DNA of 18,478 nt, from IMG/VR virus record IMGVR_UViG_2671180637_000005; one strand, 5' to 3'. Position 1 is the stretch's first letter. The number at the start of each line of letters is the position of its first letter. Below the pieces are notes generated by a model. The model worked only from the letters and a program-made list of their open reading frames with translations. It did no database searches and had not been told where the DNA came from. The translations under genes were made by a program, and so were the position numbers. Below, piece by piece: positions 7,347 to 15,884 of the stretch. This DNA comes from a virus (Duplodnaviria > Heunggongvirae > Uroviricota > Caudoviricetes).

Positions 7347-9305
7347 ATGCAGGCAGGTCACCAGAGTGACGCGGATATTTATATTTATGACGAGATTGGT
7401 TTCTGGGGTGTTACAGCGAAGCAGTTTATCAGTGATCTGAATGCACTGGGCGATATCACCCACATTAATCTCCATATTAATTCACCGGGTGGCGATGTCT
7501 TTGAAGGCATCGCCATTTTTAATGCACTGAAAACACATGGTGCGTCCATTACCGTTTATGTCGACGGTGTGGCGGCGTCAATGGCGTCGGTCATTGCGAT
7601 GGTGGGAAGCCCGGTCATTATGCCGGAAAACTCCTTCATGATGATTCATAAACCATTTGGCTTTACGGGCGGTGATGCGGAGGACATGCGCACCTATGCC
7701 GACCTGCTCGATAAAGTTGAGGCGGTTCTGTTACCCGCTTATGCACAGAAAACCGGGAAAACCACCGATGAAATTGCTGCCATGCTGGCGGATGAGACCT
7801 GGATGTCCGGTGCCGAATGTCTGGCACATGGATTTGCTGATCAGGTGACGCCAGCCGTTAAGGCAATGGCATGTATTCAGTCAAAACGTACAGAGGAATT
7901 TAAAAAGATGCCGGAATCCATTCGAAACATGATTACTCCGCCACGCAACAGTGCTCCACGCGTACAGGATAATGAACCTGCAGCTTCCCGGACGCCAGTG
8001 CAGGCAGCAGCACCCGTGGTGGATGAAAACAGTATCCGTGCGCAGGTACTGGCAGAGCAAAAAGCGCGTGTAAATGGTATTAATGATCTGTTTGCCATGT
8101 TTGGCGGGCGTTATCAGATGCTGCAGGCTCAGTGTCTTGCCGATCCTGAATGTTCGCTGGAGCAGGCCCGCGAAAAGCTGTTGAACGAGATGGGGCGCGA
8201 GTCCACGCCATCCAATAAAAATACCCCGGCTCATATTTATGCCGGTAACGGTAATTTTGTGGGGGACGGGATCCGCCAGGCGCTGATGGCGCGTGCCGGA
8301 TTTGAAAAAACCGAACGTGATAATGTCTACAACGGGATGACCCTGCGTGAATATGCCCGTATGTCACTGACTGAACGGGGTATTGGGGTTTCCGGTTATA
8401 ACCCGATGCAGATGGTCGGTGCGGCGTTCACACACAGTACGTCTGACTTCGGTAATATTCTGTTGGATGTTGCGAACAAAGCCATTCTGCAGGGCTGGGA
8501 AGATGCCCCTGAAACCTATGAACAGTGGACGCGGAAAGGTCAGTTGTCTGATTTTAAAATTGCCCATCGTGTGGGTATGGGGGGCTTCAGTGCTCTGCGT
8601 CAGGTGCGTGAAGGGGCGGAATATAAATACGTCACCACCGGAGATAAACAGGCCACTATTGCACTGGCGACCTATGGCGAGCTGTTCAGTATCACCCGTC
8701 AGGCCATTATCAATGATGATCTGAATATGCTGACCGATGTCCCGATGAAACTGGGCCGTGCGGCGAAATCCACTATTGCCGATCTGGTTTATGCCATTCT
8801 GACGTCTAACCCGAAAATCTCCACAGATAATGTAAGTCTGTTCGATAAAGCGAAACATGCAAACGTACTGGAGAGCGCTGCAATGGACGTGGCATCGCTG
8901 GATAAAGCCCGCCAGTTGATGCGCGTTCAGAAAGAGGGGGAGCGTCATCTGAATATTCGTCCTGCGTTCGTACTGGTACCGACGGCGATGGAGTCTGTTG
9001 CTAACCAGGTCATTCGCTCCTCAAGTGTCAAGGGGGCTGACATTAACGCCGGTATTATTAACCCGGTGAAAGATTTTGCGACCGTTATTGCAGAGCCTCG
9101 TCTTGATGATAACAGCCAGACCACCTTCTACCTGGCTGCGTCAAAAGGCTCCGATACGATTGAAGTGGCTTATCTCAACGGTGTGGATACGCCATATATT
9201 GATCAGATGGAGGGCTTCAGTGTGGATGGCGTGACAACGAAAGTGCGTATTGACGCCGGTGTCGCGCCAGTTGATCACCGCGGTCTGGTGAAATGTACGG
9301 CGTAA
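7347..9305 (+). CDS. prohead protease (ClpP/S14-like) fused to scaffold-like linker and HK97-fold major capsid protein
   Basis: N-terminal ClpP-like domain (INSPGGDVFEGIAIFNALK...GVAASMASVIAMVG...MIHKP), ~150-aa linker, C-terminal ~350 aa capsid-like domain. Frame is open from 7086, overlapping the portal; ATG 7347 just after the portal stop is chosen, with weak RBS, so the start is uncertain. Confidence 0.8.
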   Translation: MQAGHQSDADIYIYDEIGFWGVTAKQFISDLNALGDITHINLHINSPGGDVFEGIAIFNALKTHGASITVYVDGVAASMASVIAMVGSPVIMPENSFMMIHKPFGFTGGDAEDMRTYADLLDKVEAVLLPAYAQKTGKTTDEIAAMLADETWMSGAECLAHGFADQVTPAVKAMACIQSKRTEEFKKMPESIRNMITPPRNSAPRVQDNEPAASRTPVQAAAPVVDENSIRAQVLAEQKARVNGINDLFAMFGGRYQMLQAQCLADPECSLEQAREKLLNEMGRESTPSNKNTPAHIYAGNGNFVGDGIRQALMARAGFEKTERDNVYNGMTLREYARMSLTERGIGVSGYNPMQMVGAAFTHSTSDFGNILLDVANKAILQGWEDAPETYEQWTRKGQLSDFKIAHRVGMGGFSALRQVREGAEYKYVTTGDKQATIALATYGELFSITRQAIINDDLNMLTDVPMKLGRAAKSTIADLVYAILTSNPKISTDNVSLFDKAKHANVLESAAMDVASLDKARQLMRVQKEGERHLNIRPAFVLVPTAMESVANQVIRSSSVKGADINAGIINPVKDFATVIAEPRLDDNSQTTFYLAASKGSDTIEVAYLNGVDTPYIDQMEGFSVDGVTTKVRIDAGVAPVDHRGLVKCTA

Positions 9306-9328
9306 ACGTCGCAGACAACAACTCTGAT

Positions 9329-9348
9329 GGCCCGTAAGGGCTTTTTTT
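9329..9348 (+). terminator. terminator-like hairpin after the capsid gene
   Basis: GGCCC-GTAA-GGGC then TTTTTTT (9342-9348). A second hairpin CAGCCC-TGAAC-GGGGCTG lies at 9360-9377. Confidence 0.45.
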
Positions 9349-9390
9349 GTACCTGAAATCAGCCCTGAACGGGGCTGTGCGGAGACAGTT

Positions 9391-9714
9391 ATGGCAAAGA
9401 ATTTTGTAGAAGAAGGAAAAACGGTGGCGATTGTTGCCAGTGCAGCCATCAGCAGCGGAGATCTGGTGCAGGTGGGTGATGTTTTTGCGGTGGCGCTGAC
9501 CGATATTCCACAGGGTGAAACAGGCGACGGCATGACCGAAGGTGTGTTTATGCTGCCTAAGCTGAAAACGGATGACATGAAAACGGGTAAGAAGGTTTAT
9601 CTGAAGTCAGGAAAAGTTCAGCTGACTAACAGCGGCTCTGATCCGCTGGTCGGGGTTGTCTGGGCAGATGCCGGAACCAGTGCAGAAGAAGTGCCGGTAA
9701 AACTCAATGTCTGA
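9391..9714 (+). CDS. small head protein, likely capsid decoration/cement-like (DUF2190-like)
   Basis: 107 aa directly after the capsid gene with strong RBS (GGAGACAG). Family assignment is from memory of DUF2190-type proteins and is tentative. Confidence 0.5.
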   Translation: MAKNFVEEGKTVAIVASAAISSGDLVQVGDVFAVALTDIPQGETGDGMTEGVFMLPKLKTDDMKTGKKVYLKSGKVQLTNSGSDPLVGVVWADAGTSAEEVPVKLNV

Positions 9715-9982
9715 TCCCTTTTCCCGGCTGGCAGCGCGTATGGATACGATCACGGTCAGAAAGATGGGAAAGACAGCCTCGATTAATGATGCCGATATGA
9801 CTGTGATCCCGGGAGAAACACTGGCAGAGCTGAATGCTCTGTCCGGACCTGCGGTCTCTCTGGTGGTGTTTTCTTCGGGATACCGCCCACGGCGCGGGGA
9901 TCGCGTTGTTTATGACGGACAACAATGGACGGTCACACGGCATGAACGCTTTAACGGTAAGCCAATGATCTTTATTGAGTAA
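9707..9982 (+). CDS. head-tail connector / tail attachment protein (lambda gpFII-like)
   Basis: 91 aa. C-terminal PRRGDRVVYDGQQWTVTRHERFNGK resembles lambda FII LRRGDTLTIGEENFWVDRV (recalled). Overlaps previous stop (ATGTCTGA). Confidence 0.6.
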   Translation: MSDPFSRLAARMDTITVRKMGKTASINDADMTVIPGETLAELNALSGPAVSLVVFSSGYRPRRGDRVVYDGQQWTVTRHERFNGKPMIFIE

Positions 9983-9993
9983 AGAGGTATGGG

Positions 9994-10572
9994 ATGAAGG
10001 GGCTTGAGAATGCCATCCGTAATCTGAACAGCCTTGATACCCGGATGGTACCGCAGGCCAGTGCATGGGCGATAAACCGTGTGGCACAGAAAGCCGTTTC
10101 GGTTGCCACACATAAGGTCGCACAGAATACCGTGGCAGGGGATAACCGGGTGAAGGGGATCCCTTTCCGGCTGGTGAAAGAACGTGTCCGGGTACTGAAA
10201 GCCAGTCCGTCAGGAAAAATGTATGCCCGCATTCGCATTAACCGGGGCAACCTGCCCGCCATTAAGCTGGGGGCAGCCCGGGTCAGACTGGCCCGTCGTG
10301 GCGGAAAACTGCGGTACCGTGGCAGTGTGCTGAAGGTGGGGAAATATCTTTTCCGGGATGCGTTTATTCAGCAACTGGCGAATGGTCGCTGGCATGTGAT
10401 GCGGCGTATTGATGGCAAAAATCGTTACCCCATTGATGTGGTGAAAGTCCCGCTGTCCGGACCGCTGACACAGGCATTTGAAGATGCCCGCGACCGCATC
10501 ATTGCTGCGGAAATGCCGAAACAGCTGGGGTATGCACTGAAACAACAACTGAGATTATGGCTGACCCGATGA
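9994..10572 (+). CDS. Z: tail completion protein Z (lambda gpZ-like)
   Basis: 192 aa, same length as lambda Z; MKGLENA..., ...NGRWHVMRRIDGKNRYPIDVVKVP... match recalled lambda Z. Confidence 0.85.
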   Translation: MKGLENAIRNLNSLDTRMVPQASAWAINRVAQKAVSVATHKVAQNTVAGDNRVKGIPFRLVKERVRVLKASPSGKMYARIRINRGNLPAIKLGAARVRLARRGGKLRYRGSVLKVGKYLFRDAFIQQLANGRWHVMRRIDGKNRYPIDVVKVPLSGPLTQAFEDARDRIIAAEMPKQLGYALKQQLRLWLTR

Positions 10573-10970
10573 ACCGACATACACAAATCCGCCAGGTCGT
10601 ACTGGCACGCCTTCGGGAACAGTGTGGAGACAGCGCCACGTTTTTTGACGGGCTTCCGGTATTTATTGATGCGCAGGAACTGCCTGCCGTGGCGGTGTGG
10701 CTGAGTGATGCTCAGTACACCGGAAAAATGACGGATGAAGATGACTGGCAGGCTGTTCTGCATATTGCCGTCTTCATCCGGGCACAGGCACCGGATTCAG
10801 AGCTGGATATGTGGATGGAGAGCACCATTTTTCCTGCCCTGAATGATATACCGGCACTTTCCGGACTCATCGACACCCTGATCCCACTCGGTTTTAACTA
10901 TCAACGTGATAATGAGATGGCCACCTGGGCGATGGCGGAAATCACGTACCAGATCACGTACACGAATTAA
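10569..10970 (+). CDS. U: tail terminator protein U (lambda gpU-like)
   Basis: ...GDSATFFDG...PAVAVWLSDAQYTGKM...DSELDMWMES...IPALSGLI... matches recalled lambda U. ATG 10569 overlaps Z stop (ATGA); upstream ATG 10557 also possible. Confidence 0.9.
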   Translation: MNRHTQIRQVVLARLREQCGDSATFFDGLPVFIDAQELPAVAVWLSDAQYTGKMTDEDDWQAVLHIAVFIRAQAPDSELDMWMESTIFPALNDIPALSGLIDTLIPLGFNYQRDNEMATWAMAEITYQITYTN

Positions 10971-10980
10971 GGAGGTGGTA

Positions 10981-11724
10981 ATGACCACACCAAATCCACT
11001 GGCAAAGACGAAAGGTGCGGGGACGACGTTCTGGATGTATACCGGCAACGGCGATGCGTTTGCGAATCCTTTGTCGGACACTGACTGGCTGCGTCTTGCG
11101 ATGGTGAAGGATCTGCAACCTGGCGAAATGACCGCTGATGCAGAAGATGACACTTATCTCGATGATGAAGATGCAGACTGGAAAACGACAACCCAGGGGC
11201 AGAAATCCGTCGGTGATACTTCGGCGACGCTGGCCTGGCGTCCGGGTGACAGCGGACAGAAAAAACTGGTTCAGTTGTTCGACTCCGGTGAAGTCTGCGC
11301 GTTTCGTATCAAATATCCCAACGGTACTGTTGATGTTTTCCGTGGCTGGCTGAGTTCACTGGGTAAAACCATTGCCTCAAAAGACGTGATGACCCGCACC
11401 GTGAAAATCAGCGGTGTGGGGCGTCCATATCTGGCAGAGGAGGGCTCTGAAACCGTGGGCGTTACCGGGCTGACGGTGGCACCGGCATCCGCCAGTGTCA
11501 ATGTGGGAGCAACCACCACGCTGACCTTTACAGTAAAACCTGACGGAGCCAGTGACAAAGCGATCAGTGTGCATTCGACAGATCCACAGACTGCCACGGT
11601 GACCCTGAACGGGCTTGTGGCCACGGTGAAAGGCGTGAAGCAGGGCAGTGTCAGCATTGTGGGCATGACTTCTGACGGCGATTTTGTGGCAGTGGCTACG
11701 GTGGCTGTCAGCGCCGCAGGTTAA
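10981..11724 (+). CDS. V: major tail protein V (lambda gpV-like) with C-terminal Ig-like domain
   Basis: MTTPNPLAKTKGAGTTFWMYTGNGDAFANPLSDTDW... closely matches lambda V; strong RBS GGAGGTGG. C-terminal ~90 aa looks like a bacterial Ig-like (Big_2-type) domain, as in lambda V. Confidence 0.9.
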   Translation: MTTPNPLAKTKGAGTTFWMYTGNGDAFANPLSDTDWLRLAMVKDLQPGEMTADAEDDTYLDDEDADWKTTTQGQKSVGDTSATLAWRPGDSGQKKLVQLFDSGEVCAFRIKYPNGTVDVFRGWLSSLGKTIASKDVMTRTVKISGVGRPYLAEEGSETVGVTGLTVAPASASVNVGATTTLTFTVKPDGASDKAISVHSTDPQTATVTLNGLVATVKGVKQGSVSIVGMTSDGDFVAVATVAVSAAG

Positions 11725-11744
11725 CAGGACGATACTCATCATTT

Positions 11745-11768
11745 GCCCCGGTTATCCGGGGCTTTTTT
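11745..11768 (+). terminator. terminator/attenuator-like hairpin between V and G
   Basis: GCCCCGG-TTAT-CCGGGGC followed by TTTTTT (11763-11768), in the V-G intergenic space. Confidence 0.5.
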
Positions 11769-11781
11769 GCAGGTGGAGAAC

Positions 11782-12171
11782 ATGATGTTTCTGAAACAGG
11801 GCACGTTTAATTATGAAAAACAGTCCGTGGTGCTCAGTGAGCTGTCCGGGCTGCAGAGAATTGAATATCTGGCGTTTGTTCAGCAGCGAACGGCAAAGTT
11901 TGATGCCGAAGAGGGAGAACTGCCGGAGGCTGAACGACAGATTGCTTTTCTGCGGATGGGGATGGATATCAATGCCTGGCTGGTTTCCCGCTCACTGTGG
12001 AATGCGGAACAGTCTCAGGATGTTGAGACGCTTTGCGCATCCGTTATTACAACATGGTCGTATGATGCCCTGGGAGCGGGGGCGGAGATGGTTCTGTCGC
12101 TGAGCGGTATGGGAGCCATTGAGAATGCCGGGGATTTGGAGCATGAGGTGCTGACGCCGGAAAAGTCCTGA
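11782..12171 (+). CDS. G: tail assembly chaperone G (lambda gpG-like)
   Basis: MMFLKQGTFNYEKQSVVLSELSGLQRIEYLA... resembles lambda G (MFLKTESFEHNGVTVTLSELSALQRIEHLA...). RBS GGTGGAG; the ORF track begins at an upstream TTG, ATG 11782/11785 preferred. Confidence 0.85.
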   Translation: MMFLKQGTFNYEKQSVVLSELSGLQRIEYLAFVQQRTAKFDAEEGELPEAERQIAFLRMGMDINAWLVSRSLWNAEQSQDVETLCASVITTWSYDALGAGAEMVLSLSGMGAIENAGDLEHEVLTPEKS

Positions 12172-12509
12172 CGCGGGAAATGCAGTTTGTCATGCGGCTT
12201 GCCCGGGAGTTCCGGCGGGCAGACTGGCGGCGGATGCTGTCGGAAATGTCGGCCACTGAGCTTGGTGAGTGGGGCGATTATTTCCGGATGCAGAGCTTCA
12301 GTGATGTGTGGATGGATGCGCAGTTTGCCTCGCTGAAGGCATTGATCGTGAGAATGGTGTCCGGCAGCAGTGATGCTGCGGTGGCTGATTTCAGCCTTTT
12401 ACCGGAAGAGAACGGGATACCGGAGCGAACGGACGAAGAACTGATGCATCTTGGGGAAGGTATTTCCGGAGGTGTGCGTTATGGACCAGATAGCCAACCT
12501 GGTCATTGA
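11782..12509 (+). CDS. tail assembly chaperone G-T fusion made by a programmed -1 frameshift near the end of G
   Basis: The T reading frame (12180-12509 ORF, ...ADWRRMLSEMSATELGEWGDYF...) is -1 relative to G and is open from 12147, overlapping the last 22 nt of G. Candidate slip site G GAA AAG at 12159-12165. Same arrangement as lambda G/GT. Confidence 0.7.
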
Positions 12510-15500
12510 TTTGGGGATTGATGCGGCAGAGTTTAAAAATGAAATTCCCCGTATCAAAAACCTTCTGAATGGTGCAGCCAGCGATGCAGAACGGTCTTCT
12601 GCCCGTATGCAGCGTTTTATGGAGCGTCAGACTCAGGCCGCCCGGCAGACAACGCAGGCGGCTTCTTCGGCTGCAACAGCCGCATCCGTCCATGCGCAGA
12701 CGGTGGAGAAAAACGCACAGGCTCATGAACGCATGGCCCGCGAGGTGGAGAAAACCCGCCAGCGCATGGAGGCACTGAGCCAGAAAATGCGCGAGGAACA
12801 GGCGCTGGCCATGGCTCTGGTGGAGGCTCAGGATAAAGCGGCTGCTGCGTTTTATCGTCAGATTGACAGTGTGAAACAGGCCAGTGCGGGGCTGCAGGAA
12901 TTACAGCGTATTCAGCAGCAGATCCGACAGGCCAGAAACAGTGGCGGGATTGGTCAGCAGGATTATCTGGCGCTGATTTCTGAGGTTGCTGCGAAAACCC
13001 GTGTTCTTACACAGGCTGAGGCAGAGGCTACCCGACAGAAAGTGGCGTTTATCCGTCAGCTCAAAGAGCAGGCAACCCGCCAGAATCTTTCATCTTCTGA
13101 GTTGCTTCGTGCTAAGGCAGCCCAGCTGGGGGTAAGCAGTGCTGCAGAAGTGTATATCCGCAAAATGGAGCAGGCAGGAAAAGCCACGCATTCGCTGGGT
13201 CTGAAAAGTGCAGCAGCCCGCCAGGAGATAGGCGTTCTGATAGGTGAACTGGCCCGCGGCAATTTAGGGGCGCTGAGGGGATCCGGGATAACGCTGGCTA
13301 ACCGTGCCGGATGGATAGACACACTGATGTCACCGAAAGGCATGATGCCAGGCGGGGTTATTGGCGGTATTGCCGCGGCCGTCTATGGTCTGGGTAAAGC
13401 CTGGTATGACGGTCAGAAGGAGGGGGAAGAATTTAACCGCCAGTTGTCGCTGACGGGGCATTATGCCGGAGTCACTGCCGGGCAGCTGTGGACGCTCAGT
13501 CGTGCTATTTCCGGGAATGGTATCACGCAACATGCTGCAGCCGGTGCGCTGGCTCAGGTGGTGGGGAGTGGTGCATTTCGTGGAAACGATATCGGTATGG
13601 TGGCGAGAGCTGCCGCACAGATGGAGCGATCGGTTGGCCAGTCGGTCAGCGATACCATAAATCAGTTTAAGCGGCTGACGGATGATCCTGTAAATGCCGC
13701 GAAGGCTCTGGACAATGAGCTGCATTTTCTTACTGCCACTCAGCTTGAGCAGATACGCGTCCTTGGGGAGCAGGGGCGGTCCAGTGATGCTGCACGGATA
13801 GCCATGTCTGCACTGGCGGAGGAAACCGGTCGGCGTACTGCGGATATTGATAATAACCTCAATGCGCTGGGTAGTACGCTGCAAACCTTGTCTGACTGGT
13901 GGAAGCAGTTCTGGGATGCGGCCATGAATATTGGTCGTGAAGATTCGCTGGATGCGCAGATTGCCACTTTGCAGGAGAAAGTGTCGCGGGCGAAAAGACT
14001 CCCCTGGACGGCATCATCTTCTCAGGTTGAATACGATCAGCAGCGTCTTAACGATCTTCAGGAGAAAAAACGCCAGAAGGATTTGCAGGATGCAAAAGAG
14101 CAGGCAGAGCGGAATTATCAGGAGCAACAGAAACGCCGTAATGCTGAAAATGCTGCACTGAACCGGATGAATGAAACGGAAGCAGCACGACATCAGCGTG
14201 AAATTGCGCGTATTAATGCCATGCAGTACGCCGATCAGGCTGTCAGGGATGCGGCGATACAACGTGAAAATGAACGTTACGAGAAAGCCCAGGCATCCGG
14301 TAAGAAAAAAACACGCGAAACCCGTAATGATGAGGCCACCCGGTTATTGCTGCAGTACAGTCAGCAACAGGCACAGGTGGAAGGACAGATTGCTGCTGCC
14401 AGACAGTCAGCAGGCATTGCCACGGAAAGGATGACAGAAGCGCATAAACAGCTTCTGGCTCTGCAGCAGCGCATCAGCGACCTGGACGGGAAAAAACTGA
14501 CGGCAGATGAAAAGAGTGTGCTGGCCCGTAAAGATGAACTGATTCAGGCACTGACGCTGCTGGATGTAAAACAGCAGGAGCTTCAGAAACAGACGGCACT
14601 CAACGATCTGAAGAAAAAAACAATTCAGCTGACCAGTCAACTGGCTGAAGAAGAGCGCGCTCAGCGTCAGCAACATGACCTGGATATCGCCACGGTGGGT
14701 ATGGGTGATCAGCAGCGACAGCGATATCAGGTACAACTGAGTCTTCGCCAGAAATACCAGCAACAGCTGGAGCAGTTGAGGCGGGATAGTGAGCAGAAAG
14801 GGACATATAACACGGATGACTACAGAAAGGCCGAGCAGGCGCTGACGGAGAGCCTGAACCGACAACTGAATGAGAATCGCCGTTACTGGCAACAGCTTGA
14901 AGTTGTGCAGGGTAACTGGAAAAACGGAGTCCTGCGTGCATTTCAGGATTTTACCGTGGATGCAGATAATACGGCAGGAACAGCAGAACAGGTGTTCTCG
15001 TCAGCCTTCAGCAACATGGGAAATGGCCTGGCAACTTTTGTCACTACCGGCAAACTCAATTTCAAATCCTTCACCTCTTCTGTGCTGTCAGATATGGCGA
15101 AAATCCTGGCGCAGGCAACCATGATGAAATCGATAAAAGGGATTGGCAGTGTACTGGGATTTGATCTCAGCAGCCTTTCCCTGAATGCCAATGGGGGGAT
15201 TTATCAGTCTGCTGATTTGAGTCGTTACAGTGGCACGGTGGTTAACCGTCCGACGTTTTTTGCTTTTGCAAAAGGCGCGGGTGTGATGGGGGAAGCGGGA
15301 CCTGAAGCCATTCTGCCACTGCGTCGTGGTGCTGACGGTAAGCTGGGGGGTGTGGCGGATATTGGGGGTTCAGGTATGGCGATGTTTGCCCCGCAGTACA
15401 ACATCGAGATCAATAACGATGGCACGAACGGGCAGATAGGTCCGGCTGCCCTGAAGGTGGTTTATGACCTCGGGAAAAAAGCGGCAGCGGACTTTATGCA

Positions 15501-15546
15501 ACAGCAGGCCCGTAATGGTGGTCGGTTAAGTGGAGCATATCGGTAA
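12481..15546 (+). CDS. H: tail tape measure protein H (lambda gpH-like)
   Basis: ~1020 aa; start MDQIANLVIDLGIDAAEF with RBS GGAGG; C-terminus INNDGTNGQIGPAALKVVYDL... matches lambda H. Long Q/E/R/A-rich coiled-coil-like centre. Confidence 0.9.
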   Translation: MDQIANLVIDLGIDAAEFKNEIPRIKNLLNGAASDAERSSARMQRFMERQTQAARQTTQAASSAATAASVHAQTVEKNAQAHERMAREVEKTRQRMEALSQKMREEQALAMALVEAQDKAAAAFYRQIDSVKQASAGLQELQRIQQQIRQARNSGGIGQQDYLALISEVAAKTRVLTQAEAEATRQKVAFIRQLKEQATRQNLSSSELLRAKAAQLGVSSAAEVYIRKMEQAGKATHSLGLKSAAARQEIGVLIGELARGNLGALRGSGITLANRAGWIDTLMSPKGMMPGGVIGGIAAAVYGLGKAWYDGQKEGEEFNRQLSLTGHYAGVTAGQLWTLSRAISGNGITQHAAAGALAQVVGSGAFRGNDIGMVARAAAQMERSVGQSVSDTINQFKRLTDDPVNAAKALDNELHFLTATQLEQIRVLGEQGRSSDAARIAMSALAEETGRRTADIDNNLNALGSTLQTLSDWWKQFWDAAMNIGREDSLDAQIATLQEKVSRAKRLPWTASSSQVEYDQQRLNDLQEKKRQKDLQDAKEQAERNYQEQQKRRNAENAALNRMNETEAARHQREIARINAMQYADQAVRDAAIQRENERYEKAQASGKKKTRETRNDEATRLLLQYSQQQAQVEGQIAAARQSAGIATERMTEAHKQLLALQQRISDLDGKKLTADEKSVLARKDELIQALTLLDVKQQELQKQTALNDLKKKTIQLTSQLAEEERAQRQQHDLDIATVGMGDQQRQRYQVQLSLRQKYQQQLEQLRRDSEQKGTYNTDDYRKAEQALTESLNRQLNENRRYWQQLEVVQGNWKNGVLRAFQDFTVDADNTAGTAEQVFSSAFSNMGNGLATFVTTGKLNFKSFTSSVLSDMAKILAQATMMKSIKGIGSVLGFDLSSLSLNANGGIYQSADLSRYSGTVVNRPTFFAFAKGAGVMGEAGPEAILPLRRGADGKLGGVADIGGSGMAMFAPQYNIEINNDGTNGQIGPAALKVVYDLGKKAAADFMQQQARNGGRLSGAYR

Positions 15547-15875
15547 TGGAGACGTTTCACTGGAAAGTGCGCCCGGATATGAATGTGGTATCAGAGCCGA
15601 AAGTGGTGACAGTGAAGCTGGGCGATGGTTATGAACAGCGTCGTGCGGCGGGACTGAATAACCAGTTGTCGATTTACAGCGTGACGATACGTGTTCGTAA
15701 ATGTGAACACCCATCTTTAAAAGCCTTTCTGGAACGGCACGGTGGCGTCCGCGCATTTCAGTGGACGCCACCTTATGACTGGAAGCCGATCAGGGTGGTT
15801 TGTCGTAAATGGTCGGCAAGCGTGGGGGCGCTGTGGATAACCATAACGGCAGATTTTGAACAGGTCGTGGCATAG
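15546..15875 (+). CDS. M: tail tip protein M (lambda gpM-like)
   Basis: 109 aa, METFHWKVRPDM...GDGYEQR...WTPPYDWKPI... matches lambda M. Start overlaps H stop (TAATG). Confidence 0.9.
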   Translation: METFHWKVRPDMNVVSEPKVVTVKLGDGYEQRRAAGLNNQLSIYSVTIRVRKCEHPSLKAFLERHGGVRAFQWTPPYDWKPIRVVCRKWSASVGALWITITADFEQVVA

Positions 15876-15884
15876 GAGGCTCTG

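Noticed and set aside
8364-8948. Minus-strand 194-aa ORF inside the capsid gene, plus similar antisense ORFs inside H (13330-13884, 14407-14892) and elsewhere
   Set aside because: Antisense shadows of strongly supported + strand structural genes with no independent features.
12569-12778. 69-aa Arg-rich alternate-frame ORF inside H
   Set aside because: Out-of-frame within the tape measure gene; an artefact of Ala/Gln/Arg-rich coiled-coil coding sequence.
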